A stretch of DNA of 64,000 bases from Minisyncoccia bacterium (GTDB taxonomy: Bacteria; Patescibacteriota; Minisyncoccia; Phycocordibacterales; UBA918), in NCBI GenBank assembly GCA_046598345.1, contig JBKJIT010000001.1:44251-108250 (forward strand), read 5' to 3'. The notes under the pieces were generated by a model, which worked only from the letters and a program-made list of their open reading frames with translations, did not search any database and was not told where the DNA came from. Made by a program: the position numbers and the translations under genes. Shown here piece by piece: positions 9,971 through 20,280 of this stretch (its first letter is position 1; each line of letters begins with the position of its first letter).

Positions 9971-11065
9971 ATGGATTTTGTTTCAAGGAATAAGTGGCGC
10001 TCACTCTTTGAACTCGGGAAGAGGCATCTCCTCACGGTTTCGTTCTTTCTCGGATTCATTATAGACAGTTTTACGCTCAACAGGATTGATCAAACCTTTG
10101 ATATAGCAGTACTTCTTTTCTATATCATCCTCACCATGGTATCGATGATCCTCCTCTATGGCAGTGTGTCTGAGAAGTATTTTGAAAGACTAAACCCGTT
10201 CTTTAAAAAGTGGTCGCCCTATCTCATTCAGTACTCTTTCGGAGGATTGCTTTCCGGTATGCTCATTTTTTATGGCAGAAGCGGTGCTTTTTATGAAAGT
10301 TGGCCATTCATGCTCATGATCATTGCTGCGGTATACGGCAATGAAACCATTAAAGACAGGGCAACTCGCCTCGTGTACAACCTAGGTATGTTTTTTGTTG
10401 GCATGTTTGCGCTCGTTGTTCTTATGGTCCCTGTCTTCTTAGGTAAAATGGGGCCGCTCGTATTTATGGGGAGCGGACTCATCGCACTCACCATTATGTA
10501 TTGGTTTGTACGAGTACTTACATATATGGTCCCTAACTTTATGGCGCTCCAGCGAAAGAGCGCGGTCTTCACGATCGGTATCATTTTTGCAGTCTTCAAC
10601 TTTCTCTATTTTGCCAACATTATTCCTCCAATCCCGCTCTCTCTCAAAGAAGTTGGCATATATCACGGCGTTGTGCGTTTTGACAATGATACCTATCAAG
10701 TCACCTATGAAAAGCCAAAGTGGTGGGAATTTTCTCAGGATTCGGACAAAACATTTCACAGCGCTCCCGGCGATAATATATTTTGTTTTGCATCAGTCTT
10801 TGCCCCAACAAGACTTGCTACGAACATTTACCATCGGTGGGAGTTTTATAATGAAAAAACAAAAAATTGGATTGACCACGGACGGTATGCGTATGCAATT
10901 TCAGGAGGAAGAGGGGACGGCTTTCGGGGATATACAATGATTTCAAATTACGAGGAAGGAGCATGGCGCTGTACGGTCGAGACTGAGCGCGGACAATCTC
11001 TGGGTCGTGTCGATTTTGAGGTAGTGCCTGGAGAAAAACGTGAGCTCGTGACACAGATTAAATAG
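9971..11065 (+). CDS. Multi-TM protein with C-terminal DUF2914-like domain
   Basis: About 8 TM segments then FASVFAP, IYHRW, GGRGDGFRGYT, GAWRCTVET. Confidence 0.75.
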   Translation: MDFVSRNKWRSLFELGKRHLLTVSFFLGFIIDSFTLNRIDQTFDIAVLLFYIILTMVSMILLYGSVSEKYFERLNPFFKKWSPYLIQYSFGGLLSGMLIFYGRSGAFYESWPFMLMIIAAVYGNETIKDRATRLVYNLGMFFVGMFALVVLMVPVFLGKMGPLVFMGSGLIALTIMYWFVRVLTYMVPNFMALQRKSAVFTIGIIFAVFNFLYFANIIPPIPLSLKEVGIYHGVVRFDNDTYQVTYEKPKWWEFSQDSDKTFHSAPGDNIFCFASVFAPTRLATNIYHRWEFYNEKTKNWIDHGRYAYAISGGRGDGFRGYTMISNYEEGAWRCTVETERGQSLGRVDFEVVPGEKRELVTQIK

Positions 11066-11083
11066 TTATGTATTGTGAGGGGT

Positions 11084-12769
11084 ATGCGATCAGAGTTGAG
11101 AAAAGCAATTGAAGCAGTGCTTTCGGAAATGGGATTTCCGAAAATGGATTTTTCTGTGGAACACCCAAACGACACTCTTCATGGTGACTATGCAACGAAC
11201 GCTGCGATGGTGGTGGCACAAAAACTTCGAAAAAATCCACGTGATGTGGCAGAGGAGATCGTAACTGCGCTGCAGGGAAAAATTCCGCATGTAGCAGAAC
11301 TCGAGATTGCGGGTCCTGGGTTTATTAATTTTTATTTGAGCCGTGATTTTTTCAAAGAAAAAATCACGCACGCCCTTAATCAGGGTGATTCCTGGGGCAA
11401 GAACGATTCCTTGAAGGGAAAGAAGGTGCTTGTTGAGTACACTGATCCAAATCCATTTAAGGAATTCCATGTTGGGCATCTCTTTACAAATGCAGTGGGA
11501 GAGACGATTGCTCGTCTTTTTATGATGAATGGAGCAGATACAAAGCGAGTAAACTACCAAGGAGATGTTGGACTCCATGTGGCCCATGCGATTTGGGGAA
11601 TGAAAGAACTTGCTATTGGGCAGGGTGATTTTACTGCACGTGATTTAGGAAGAGCGTACGCGCATGGTGCAACCGCCTATAAAAACGAAGATCCTCGAGC
11701 GGTACTTGAAATACGCGAGATCAATAAAAAAATCTATGATCGAAGTGACGAAGATATAAACGTCTTTTATGAAAAAGGACGTGAAATTTCGCTCTCCTAT
11801 TTCGAGAGTATATACAAAGTAATAGATACGACATTCGATTCCTATTTCTTTGAAAGTGAAACGGGAACACGCGGAAAAGAGTTGGTTCTTGCACATCCTG
11901 AGTTGTTTCCTGAAAGCGATGGAGCCCGTGTATTTAAAGGAGAAGCACACGGTCTTCATACGCGTGTGTTTTTAAACAAAGAAGGACTTCCAACCTACGA
12001 AGCAAAGGAGCTCGCCCTTGCAAAGCTAAAGGAAGAACGACTTGGGACATACGATCTTTCCGTCATTTCGACGGCCAACGAGGTGAGTGAATACTTTAAG
12101 GTACTCAAAAAAGCAATGAGTTTTATTTATCCAGAGCTTGCAGAAAAAACGGAGCATATTGGACATGGCATGGTCAGGCTCTCTACAGGAAAAATGTCTT
12201 CACGCACAGGAGATGTTATTACGGCAATGGATTTTATTGATGAAGTGGCGGATGCAGCTGCCGCGAAAATGGATGAGGGAGGAAAAACTGCTCCAGATGA
12301 TGAGCTCGCCCGTGATATAGCAATTGGCGCTATCAAGTATGCGACACTGCATGGCAGCATTCTTCAAAACTCTATTTTTGATAAAGAAAAGGCTCTTTCA
12401 TTCGAGGGAGATTCAGGCCCATACCTTCAGTACACGCATGCGCGTATTTGTAGTGTACTTCAGAAAGCTAAGGAGGTTGGAGTAGTGTCCACTCCTAGCG
12501 TGATTCTCCCAGTTACATATGCGATTGAGCGAATGGTCTACCAATTCGAAGAAATAGTTGAGGACGCGCTTAACGAGCGAGCGCCGCACAAAATCGCGGT
12601 TTTTCTCACTGAGCTCGCAGGATCATTTAATGCCTTTTACGCAGCAGAAAAAATCGCCGATGCCTCAGACGCACATGCACCCTACAAAGCAGCCATTGCG
12701 GACGCGGTGCGACTCACCGTTAAAAACGGCCTTTGGACGCTTGGGATCAAAGCCCCCGAAAGGATGTGA
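11084..12769 (+). CDS. argS: Arginine--tRNA ligase
   Basis: HGDYATN, PNPFKEFHVGH, KMSSRTG, GDSGPYLQYTHAR, PERM C-terminus; start 11075 or 11084. Confidence 0.97.
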   Translation: MRSELRKAIEAVLSEMGFPKMDFSVEHPNDTLHGDYATNAAMVVAQKLRKNPRDVAEEIVTALQGKIPHVAELEIAGPGFINFYLSRDFFKEKITHALNQGDSWGKNDSLKGKKVLVEYTDPNPFKEFHVGHLFTNAVGETIARLFMMNGADTKRVNYQGDVGLHVAHAIWGMKELAIGQGDFTARDLGRAYAHGATAYKNEDPRAVLEIREINKKIYDRSDEDINVFYEKGREISLSYFESIYKVIDTTFDSYFFESETGTRGKELVLAHPELFPESDGARVFKGEAHGLHTRVFLNKEGLPTYEAKELALAKLKEERLGTYDLSVISTANEVSEYFKVLKKAMSFIYPELAEKTEHIGHGMVRLSTGKMSSRTGDVITAMDFIDEVADAAAAKMDEGGKTAPDDELARDIAIGAIKYATLHGSILQNSIFDKEKALSFEGDSGPYLQYTHARICSVLQKAKEVGVVSTPSVILPVTYAIERMVYQFEEIVEDALNERAPHKIAVFLTELAGSFNAFYAAEKIADASDAHAPYKAAIADAVRLTVKNGLWTLGIKAPERM

Positions 12770-13012
12770 AATGAGCAAACGAGCGCAAGCGACTATTGCG
12801 AATTTCCGTCTCGATTTCCTCCCTCGCAGAGGAAATCGCTAGACGTGTGGAAAATTGCCGGGAATTCCAATATTTTTTTGCAAAATAATTTCCGTCCCAC
12901 TTTTCTTAATCCCTAAAGAAAAGTGCTGGACGAAGGAGCTTTTTGATACACATTTTGGTGTCAAACATGAAGGGCGGTTTTTCATGTACACACCGTGATA
13001 TACTTTTTATAT

Positions 13013-13162
13013 ATGAATACACCAGAATCATTTGAATCAGAGATTCCAAAAATGGCACAGGGAGATGAGATTAGCGAAGCCGAGGCAAAGGAGATGGAAG
13101 ATCGAGCTCGCGAAGGCGCAGGATTCGGAGTCAATGACCCAGATGCAGCAGGGAACGATTAA
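13013..13162 (+). CDS. Small acidic protein, 49 aa (not in ORF track)
   Basis: MNTPESFESEIPKMAQGDEISEAEAKEMEDRAREGAGFGVNDPDAAGND; preceded by a -10-like TATACT and an AT-rich stretch. Confidence 0.5.
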   Translation: MNTPESFESEIPKMAQGDEISEAEAKEMEDRAREGAGFGVNDPDAAGND

Positions 13163-13322
13163 GTAGTATACAAATACATAAAAATGCGACTTCCAAGTCG
13201 CGTTTTTCATCTGTGATTTTGTAGTTTCTATACGTGTGAATAATGTGTTGCAAATAAAGGAGTTTGTGGCAATATGAAATTTAACCGCTACACGTCGTGG
13301 CGGAGGATACAGGAGGTTAGAA

Positions 13323-13697
13323 ATGAGTAAGAAGAACCCTCGTAACCCCCGGTTGGTTGTTGTTTGCTTTCCCCAACCGGATCCCAAAGCGCGTTGGGAC
13401 GACAAGACGCGGAGAAACCCGCACCCGGAGGTACTCGCTCGCGGCCACTACCAAAGCGCCGAAGAATTGGTGCGGAAGTGCTGGTCTGAAATGAGCAAGT
13501 TGAAGCCCTCCCAGCGCTTCTGTGCGAAGTTCGCGATCGGGTTTGAATCGGAACCCGACATCGCACAGCGCAAGAAGGAAGTCGCTGTTTCCTGGAGCGA
13601 AACCAGGTGGGGCAACGGCACGTTTGAAGCATTCAAGCAGTTCATCATGGATCTGCTTCACAAGTACTTTCCGGCCCCCGTGGTCCAAGCGACGTAA
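13323..13697 (+). CDS. Orphan hypothetical protein
   Basis: AGGAGGT SD 5 nt upstream; terminator hairpin near 13717-13748. Confidence 0.6.
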   Translation: MSKKNPRNPRLVVVCFPQPDPKARWDDKTRRNPHPEVLARGHYQSAEELVRKCWSEMSKLKPSQRFCAKFAIGFESEPDIAQRKKEVAVSWSETRWGNGTFEAFKQFIMDLLHKYFPAPVVQAT

Positions 13698-13853
13698 GGA
13701 GCGCCGCAAAACAAAGGGATGCCCGCTCATAGTCAGCGGGCATTTTTCAATGTTATGAGAAACTCAAAATAAAGGAAAAACCACAGCATGCTATGGTTTT
13801 TCTTTTTTGTAGTATCATATCTAACTGTACGTCTGATATGCGTACATTTTATT

Positions 13854-16800
13854 ATGTCTGATATACATAACCATATGAATGCTAACAAAAAGGAAAAAAC
13901 TCAAGAAAATAGTACGGAGAAGAGCGAAGTAGCACTTCGCGAAGAGGAAATGCTCGCGTTTTGGCGAGCGAATAACGTTTTTAATACGAGTGTGGAAACA
14001 CCTGCAGGCAAGGCGCCGGTCGGTGATTTTGTTTTTTATGATGGTCCACCGTTTGCAACGGGGACACCACACTACGGACATATTCTTGCAGGAACCATTA
14101 AAGATGCGATCCCACGTTTCTGGACGATGAATGGATACCGTGTGGTTCGCAAATGGGGATGGGATTGCCACGGTCTCCCACTTGAAAATATTATTGAGAA
14201 GCGCCTGGGCCTTGCGACAAAGCGGGACATCGAAGCTCTCGGGGTAAAACAATTTAACGAAGCGGCGCGAGAAGCAGTCCTGGAGTATGCCGACGATTGG
14301 AAGGAGGTTGTGCCCCGCATGGGTCGCTTTGTGGACATGGGGGACGACTATAAGACAATGGACTCCACCTATACGGAGTCTGTGTGGTGGGTGTTTAGTG
14401 AACTCAACCGAAAGGGACTCGTGTATGAGGGATTTAAATCCATGCATCTCTGCCCTCGCTGTGGAACGACACTCTCAAACTTTGAAGTGAATCAGGGATA
14501 CAAAGATATCAAAGATATTGCGGTCACGGTGAAACTCCCTCTCCTTGATGAGCAGGGTGAAGTGACCGACACCTCACTTCTTGTATGGACGACAACCCCA
14601 TGGACACTTCCGGGAAATATGGCTGCTGCAGTCCATAATGACATCGACTATGTAAAAGTAAAATTCCTTAATCGAGAGCCAGGAGCGCACCGGGCGACCG
14701 ACGCTGACCCTGAAGCAGCAATGCGTCTCGAAAAAGTTATTCTCGCAAAGGCTCGCCTTGCGCAACTCTCCACCGATGAATATGAAATTCTCGAAGAGAT
14801 GAAGGGGAGCACGCTTGTGGGGAAACGCTACGCACCACCCTTTGAGGCATTCAAAAACCAGGAATTTAAAGACAAGGAGAATGCGTGGAAAATTTACCAT
14901 GCGGAGTACGTTGACTTAGGAGAAGAGGGAACGGGCGCGGTGCACCTTGCACCGGCGTACGGTGAGGAAGATATGGAACTTGCGAAGGAAGAGGGAATTC
15001 CAATTCAACACCACGTAGATGTTGGAGGTCGCTTCAGAGAGTTTGTGGGACACCCATTTGCAGGCGAGCTCGTAAAGCCCAAAGATGACGATCTTGCTGA
15101 TGTAACCCACCTCGATGCTGATATTGAAATTGTAAAATTTCTTAAAGATAGCGGAAGGCTTATACGAAAGGAAAACATCACACATAGTTACCCGCACTGC
15201 TGGCGCTGCGAGACGCCGCTTCTGAATTACGCAACGACCTCATGGTTTGTGCGCGTAACTGATCTCAAAGATAAGCTTGTCGAGGAAAATAATAAAATAA
15301 AATGGGTCCCCGAACATGTTGGGCGTGCGCGATTTGGGAAGTGGCTCGAAGGTGCTCGCGATTGGGCAATCAGCCGCCAACGCTACTGGGGTGCGCCACT
15401 TCCTATTTGGAAAAATCCAGAAACCGGGGCGTATACAGTGATTGGCTCGTTGGAGGAACTCATGACGCACGTTCCGAAATCAGGAAATATCTTTGTACTC
15501 ACGAGGCATGGTGAATCAGAATTCAATACACAGGGAATACTCAACGCGGAACTCAATGTGCAGAATGGACTCACTGAGAAAGGAAGTGAGCAGGTGCGAA
15601 GTACTGCAGCGCTCCTCAAAGATAGACCAATTGATTACATCTACTTTTCACCTCTCCAGCGCACGAGAGAAACTGCGACCATTATTGCCGAGGTGCTCGG
15701 TCTACCTAGGGATCGATTGATTGAAGACGCACGTCTTATTGAAAATGGCTTCGGTGAATTTGAAGGCAAGAATGTGAATGAGTACCACGCATCTTTTCCA
15801 GACGGCGCACGTCGACTTACTGCACGACCTGAAGGAGGCGAAACATGGATGGAAACGAAGCGACGCATGGGTGCATTTCTCTATGAAATTAATGAAAAGC
15901 ATACGAATGCTCGAATCTTAGTTGTCTCCCACAATGGACCGCTCCAAATGCTCCAGGCCGTCGCAGGAGGAAATGATTTTAACGATACGGCGTATCACAT
16001 CGATAAAAATGATTACGATATAGATAACGCTGAGGTGCGTGAGATTCGGTTTACCCCGCTTCCGCATAATGACAACTACGAGCTCGATTATCATCGTCCC
16101 TATATTGACGACATACAGCTCGTTGATGAGAAGGGTGCACCGCTCGTGCGTGTTCCCGATGTGTTCGACTGCTGGTTTGAATCAGGCTCCATGCCGTACG
16201 CTCAGAATCATTATCCTTTTGAAAACAAAGAACGATTTGATCCCAAAACTGGGAAGGGATACCCTGCGCAGTTTATTGCCGAAGGAGTAGATCAAACGCG
16301 TGGGTGGTTCTATTCGCTCATCGTGCTCGGCACGGCACTCTTTGGAAAATCTCCCTACGAACACGTGATTGTAAACGGCCTGGTACTTGCTGAAGATGGG
16401 AAAAAAATGTCGAAAAAGCTTCAGAACTATCCAGATCCTATGGAGCTCACGAATCGCGTCGGGGCGGATGCGATTCGGTTCTACCTCCTCTCGTCGCCGA
16501 TTATTAAGGCAGAGGACGTCAATTTTTCTGAAAAGGAGATTTTGGAGCTTCAGCGTAAAAATATTGGACGTCTCCATAATGTGCTCGCCATGTATGAAAT
16601 GTACGCGAGCGAAGAAACGAAGATCGACGCGCAATCAGACAATGTGCTCGATCGTTGGATTGTTGCACGCGTAGCATCAATGCTTCGTGAGGTGACGGAT
16701 GGGTACAAAGGGTACGAACTTGATCGTGCGACACGTCCTATTACCGACTTCATTGATGACCTTTCTGTCTGGTATTTGAGACGGTCGCGTGACCGTATTA

Positions 16801-17492
16801 AGAGTGATGATGCGGGAGACAAAACGAAAGCACTCGGAACACTGAAGTATGTGCTTCGCGAACTCTCTATCGGTATAGCTCCTGTAATGCCATTTTATGC
16901 CGAGTATCTCTTCCAGAAAGTACGGGAAGAAAATGACGCAGTCAGCGTGCACCTTATGGGGTGGCCTATTGTGGAGGAGGTCGAGACCACGTCGCTTGAA
17001 ATAATGGCACAGGTACGGAAAATCGTCTCTTTGGCACTCGAGGCTCGTGCGAAAGCAAACATTAAGGTGCGACAGCCACTTCAGTCGCTTCAGATTAAAG
17101 ATTTGAATGACGTCGAGTACAGCACCTGGAAGAAAGACCAATCGTATCTATCGCTCATTACGGATGAAGTGAATGTAAAGGAAGTGCTCTTTACTGACAG
17201 CCTGGCGGACGATGTGTTTCTCGACACGACTCTTACGGATGCGCTTCGAAAGGAAGGAAATGTGCGCGAGTTCATCCGCAACATTCAAGAGGCAAGAAAA
17301 AATGCGGGTCTTGAGGCGGGGGATCGGATCACTCTCCAGGTTGATGCGGCGACGTCACTTCTCCTCACCGGATTCATGGAAGAAGTTCAGCGCGTCGTTG
17401 GTGCAACTGAGATAGTTGTAGCCCTGCTCGCGAATCCGGGAACGCTTACCATAGACGCAATCGCATACCAGTACGAAATCAAAAAAATATAA
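13854..17492 (+). CDS. ileS: Isoleucine--tRNA ligase (IleRS2-like) with inserted histidine-phosphatase domain
   Basis: FYDGPPFATGTPHYGH, GWDCHGLP, WTTTPWTLPGN, DWAISRQRYWG, KMSK; RHGESEFN domain at about 15480-16050. Confidence 0.95.
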   Translation: MSDIHNHMNANKKEKTQENSTEKSEVALREEEMLAFWRANNVFNTSVETPAGKAPVGDFVFYDGPPFATGTPHYGHILAGTIKDAIPRFWTMNGYRVVRKWGWDCHGLPLENIIEKRLGLATKRDIEALGVKQFNEAAREAVLEYADDWKEVVPRMGRFVDMGDDYKTMDSTYTESVWWVFSELNRKGLVYEGFKSMHLCPRCGTTLSNFEVNQGYKDIKDIAVTVKLPLLDEQGEVTDTSLLVWTTTPWTLPGNMAAAVHNDIDYVKVKFLNREPGAHRATDADPEAAMRLEKVILAKARLAQLSTDEYEILEEMKGSTLVGKRYAPPFEAFKNQEFKDKENAWKIYHAEYVDLGEEGTGAVHLAPAYGEEDMELAKEEGIPIQHHVDVGGRFREFVGHPFAGELVKPKDDDLADVTHLDADIEIVKFLKDSGRLIRKENITHSYPHCWRCETPLLNYATTSWFVRVTDLKDKLVEENNKIKWVPEHVGRARFGKWLEGARDWAISRQRYWGAPLPIWKNPETGAYTVIGSLEELMTHVPKSGNIFVLTRHGESEFNTQGILNAELNVQNGLTEKGSEQVRSTAALLKDRPIDYIYFSPLQRTRETATIIAEVLGLPRDRLIEDARLIENGFGEFEGKNVNEYHASFPDGARRLTARPEGGETWMETKRRMGAFLYEINEKHTNARILVVSHNGPLQMLQAVAGGNDFNDTAYHIDKNDYDIDNAEVREIRFTPLPHNDNYELDYHRPYIDDIQLVDEKGAPLVRVPDVFDCWFESGSMPYAQNHYPFENKERFDPKTGKGYPAQFIAEGVDQTRGWFYSLIVLGTALFGKSPYEHVIVNGLVLAEDGKKMSKKLQNYPDPMELTNRVGADAIRFYLLSSPIIKAEDVNFSEKEILELQRKNIGRLHNVLAMYEMYASEETKIDAQSDNVLDRWIVARVASMLREVTDGYKGYELDRATRPITDFIDDLSVWYLRRSRDRIKSDDAGDKTKALGTLKYVLRELSIGIAPVMPFYAEYLFQKVREENDAVSVHLMGWPIVEEVETTSLEIMAQVRKIVSLALEARAKANIKVRQPLQSLQIKDLNDVEYSTWKKDQSYLSLITDEVNVKEVLFTDSLADDVFLDTTLTDALRKEGNVREFIRNIQEARKNAGLEAGDRITLQVDAATSLLLTGFMEEVQRVVGATEIVVALLANPGTLTIDAIAYQYEIKKI

Positions 17493-18067
17493 TGGCGTAC
17501 AAGGCATACATCACTGAAGCTCTTGTGTGCGGGAGTACGCCGCATCACACCTCCGACCGTTCCTACCTTCTCTTTTCTCGTGAGGCAGGCATGGTGTGGG
17601 CAACTGCAAAGAGCGTGCGCGAAGAACGGTCCAAGCAGCGCTATGCGCTTCAGGATTTTTCGTATGCGCGCGTAACGTTGGTGAAAGGAAAAAGTGGCTG
17701 GCGGCTTGCAGGAGCGGAAGCACTTTCAAATGTGTATATGGAAACAGAGTTACGTGGCGTTCGCGTGATGGTATGGAAAATTGTCGGACTCATTCGGCGG
17801 TTTGTGCAGGGAGAAGTCCCACACACCCAAATGTTTGACGATGTTCTTACTGCATTCAAAGAGGCTTCTCTCTATGATCCGGTGAAGCTTGAAAGTATTC
17901 TCACACTTCGGATTCTCTACGAGCTTGGGTACATAGCGCCGTCTCCGCTCTATGATGAGCTCCTTACTGTTCCCCGGTGGAATACGGGCGTTGATGCGCT
18001 GAGCGCCACAAACCTTGAACGGGTGCAGGAGGCCATTACGCATGCGCTTGGGGAGAGTCATCTCTAG
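17492..18067 (+). CDS. recO: DNA repair protein RecO (short form)
   Basis: N-terminal OB fold: LFSREAG..WATAKSVR..RSK.R.ALQ.FS. Confidence 0.8.
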   Translation: MAYKAYITEALVCGSTPHHTSDRSYLLFSREAGMVWATAKSVREERSKQRYALQDFSYARVTLVKGKSGWRLAGAEALSNVYMETELRGVRVMVWKIVGLIRRFVQGEVPHTQMFDDVLTAFKEASLYDPVKLESILTLRILYELGYIAPSPLYDELLTVPRWNTGVDALSATNLERVQEAITHALGESHL

Positions 18068-18124
18068 GAAAATATTCCAAGCGCATCTGGAGTCAGAAAA
18101 GTGCTCCGTGGTATACTCATATAT

Positions 18125-20215
18125 ATGAGTGGGGATGTCCGCAAAGAAGAGAAGCAGGGAACAGGTGAGGGAAATAGGGCTGAAAACGCCACTTCTCGCG
18201 CCCGCGAGTCTGCAGAGCAAAACGAACGAATTGACGCACTACGCTCAAGACTCTATGACCGTGGCAGCGCTCCGGAAGCACTACCGCGGCACTCTCTCAA
18301 ACAATCGGCACCGATACCGGGAGAGGCTCGGACTCCTCCTCCGCATGCAATTCATGACACCTACAGTCCTCCTACTCGCACAGAGAAGAAGCAAGATTCA
18401 ATAGTCGTTCCGCCTTCTCGACCCAAGGTAGATCAGATTCAAAGTGAACCCACGGCTCATTCAACACCACCCACTATGCCAGCAAAAAAACGCATACGTT
18501 CATACCGAGGCATGCTCATGTTGGGCGGGCTCGCATTCTTTTTGCTCGCGCTTATTGTATCCAGCGTGTTCCTCTTTGGCGGAGGAAACCTGATTTCGGG
18601 TGATAATATTTCTCTCTCAGTTTTAGCTCCCACAACGATCGGGGGAGGTGAGGAGATTAGCCTACAGATTGCTGTCGCTAACCAAAATACTGTACCGATT
18701 GAATCCGGAACGCTTATTATTTCGTATCCTTCCGGGACCCAGGCAATCGAGGGAAATGGTAAGGAGCTTGGGACAGTACGTGAGCAACTTCCCACTGTGA
18801 ATCCGGGAGGAGTGCTCAATATTCCAGTCCGCGCTCGCATGTTTGGAGAAGAAAATGAAGAAAAAGCAATAAAGGTGGCCATTGAGTATCGTGTAGAGGG
18901 ATCGAACGCAACGTTCTTTAAAGAGGCAAAGCCACATATAGTGAAAATTAGCTCCTCTCCCGTCACGCTTAAAATAGATGCAGTAAAATCAATTTCTTCA
19001 GGACAAGAGGTAGAGCTTAAGCTCACGATCAATTCAAATGCATCAACACCTCTTTCTGATATTTTAGTAAAAGTAACGTACCCCGATGATGGTTTTGATT
19101 TTACGAGCTCAAAGCCTGAACCGGTATCAGGGAGAGACACGTGGCTCATTAAAGAATTGAAACCGGGTGCCACGACAACCATTACCCTCAAGGGCATCGT
19201 TATTGGAAAAGAAAGTGACGTGCGTGTGTTTTCTGTTGCTACTGGGGTGGCGAGTGAAAAGAATTCCTTCAACCTCTTTTCGATTTTCACCTCAGTGAAG
19301 CACGAGGTGGCGGTGGAAAATCCGTTTCTGAAACTCGGTCTTGAAATCAATGGTAATGATGACGACATCGTTGTGGTAAACAGTCTGCGTCGTGTAGATG
19401 TTGGTCTTACGTTTGAGAATTCTCTCGATGACACTATATATAATGGAAAAGTGAGCGTGCTACTCAAGGGAAGTGGACTCGATGACGTGGATGTGATTGT
19501 TCCAGATGGTTTCTATGATTCAAGTGCACACAAAATTACATGGGATTCCGCAGGCGTAAATGGACTTAAAGAGATAAAACCAGGTGGGAGAGTGCGGCTC
19601 TCGTTCATACTTGATCTTGACAAGTTAACTGGTGCTACCCCAGAAGTCACGATTGAAGTCTCTGGCCAAGCTGAACGGGTGTTTGAGGACCGGGTGCCAC
19701 AGAAAATTAGTGGTACGGTCTCGAAGCGGATACGCATTGAAAGTGGGGCTGAGCTTTCTTCGTCTGCACTGTATTCAGAAGGTCCGTTCAATAACTCCGG
19801 CCCCGTACCGCCTGAGGTTGAAAAGAAGACAACCTATACACTCCTTCTTGCCGTAGATAATGGAACAAATGACCTGACGAGTGCAGAAGTGACCGCGACA
19901 CTGCCGCAGTATGTTGAATGGCTTAACGTCGTGAGTAAGCCTGATGAAGTAACCTACAGTGCGGTGAGTCGAACCCTGACATGGCGCATCGGAAATATAG
20001 ATGGAAAGGGTCATGAGGAACTGTGGGTGCAGGTCGCCTTTACACCAAGTAATAACCAGGAAGGGGAGATTCCTACAATCTTAGAGTCACAGCGATTCCG
20101 TGCGACAAATCGATTCACGAACACCACAGTTCGTGATGAGGCATCTCCACTCACCACCGAGCTCATCAATGACCCTGAAGCGGGCGGAGGAGAGGGGCGG
20201 GTAGAGGATAATTAG
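18125..20215 (+). CDS. Single-TM extracellular beta-sandwich repeat (DUF11-like) protein
   Basis: Pro-rich cytoplasmic N-terminus, TM, repeated Ig-like segments (..TW.IG.I..). Confidence 0.7.
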   Translation: MSGDVRKEEKQGTGEGNRAENATSRARESAEQNERIDALRSRLYDRGSAPEALPRHSLKQSAPIPGEARTPPPHAIHDTYSPPTRTEKKQDSIVVPPSRPKVDQIQSEPTAHSTPPTMPAKKRIRSYRGMLMLGGLAFFLLALIVSSVFLFGGGNLISGDNISLSVLAPTTIGGGEEISLQIAVANQNTVPIESGTLIISYPSGTQAIEGNGKELGTVREQLPTVNPGGVLNIPVRARMFGEENEEKAIKVAIEYRVEGSNATFFKEAKPHIVKISSSPVTLKIDAVKSISSGQEVELKLTINSNASTPLSDILVKVTYPDDGFDFTSSKPEPVSGRDTWLIKELKPGATTTITLKGIVIGKESDVRVFSVATGVASEKNSFNLFSIFTSVKHEVAVENPFLKLGLEINGNDDDIVVVNSLRRVDVGLTFENSLDDTIYNGKVSVLLKGSGLDDVDVIVPDGFYDSSAHKITWDSAGVNGLKEIKPGGRVRLSFILDLDKLTGATPEVTIEVSGQAERVFEDRVPQKISGTVSKRIRIESGAELSSSALYSEGPFNNSGPVPPEVEKKTTYTLLLAVDNGTNDLTSAEVTATLPQYVEWLNVVSKPDEVTYSAVSRTLTWRIGNIDGKGHEELWVQVAFTPSNNQEGEIPTILESQRFRATNRFTNTTVRDEASPLTTELINDPEAGGGEGRVEDN

Positions 20216-20280
20216 AGTGGGCCTTTTCCCATTCGTATCTCAGCCTTGAAACTTATTTCTGAGCGTATATATTGATCAGT

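Noticed and set aside
18457-19467. 336-aa antisense ORF (also 32782-33375, 35450-36061, 53477-54157)
   Set aside because: Antisense shadows of well-supported genes with no recognisable motifs.
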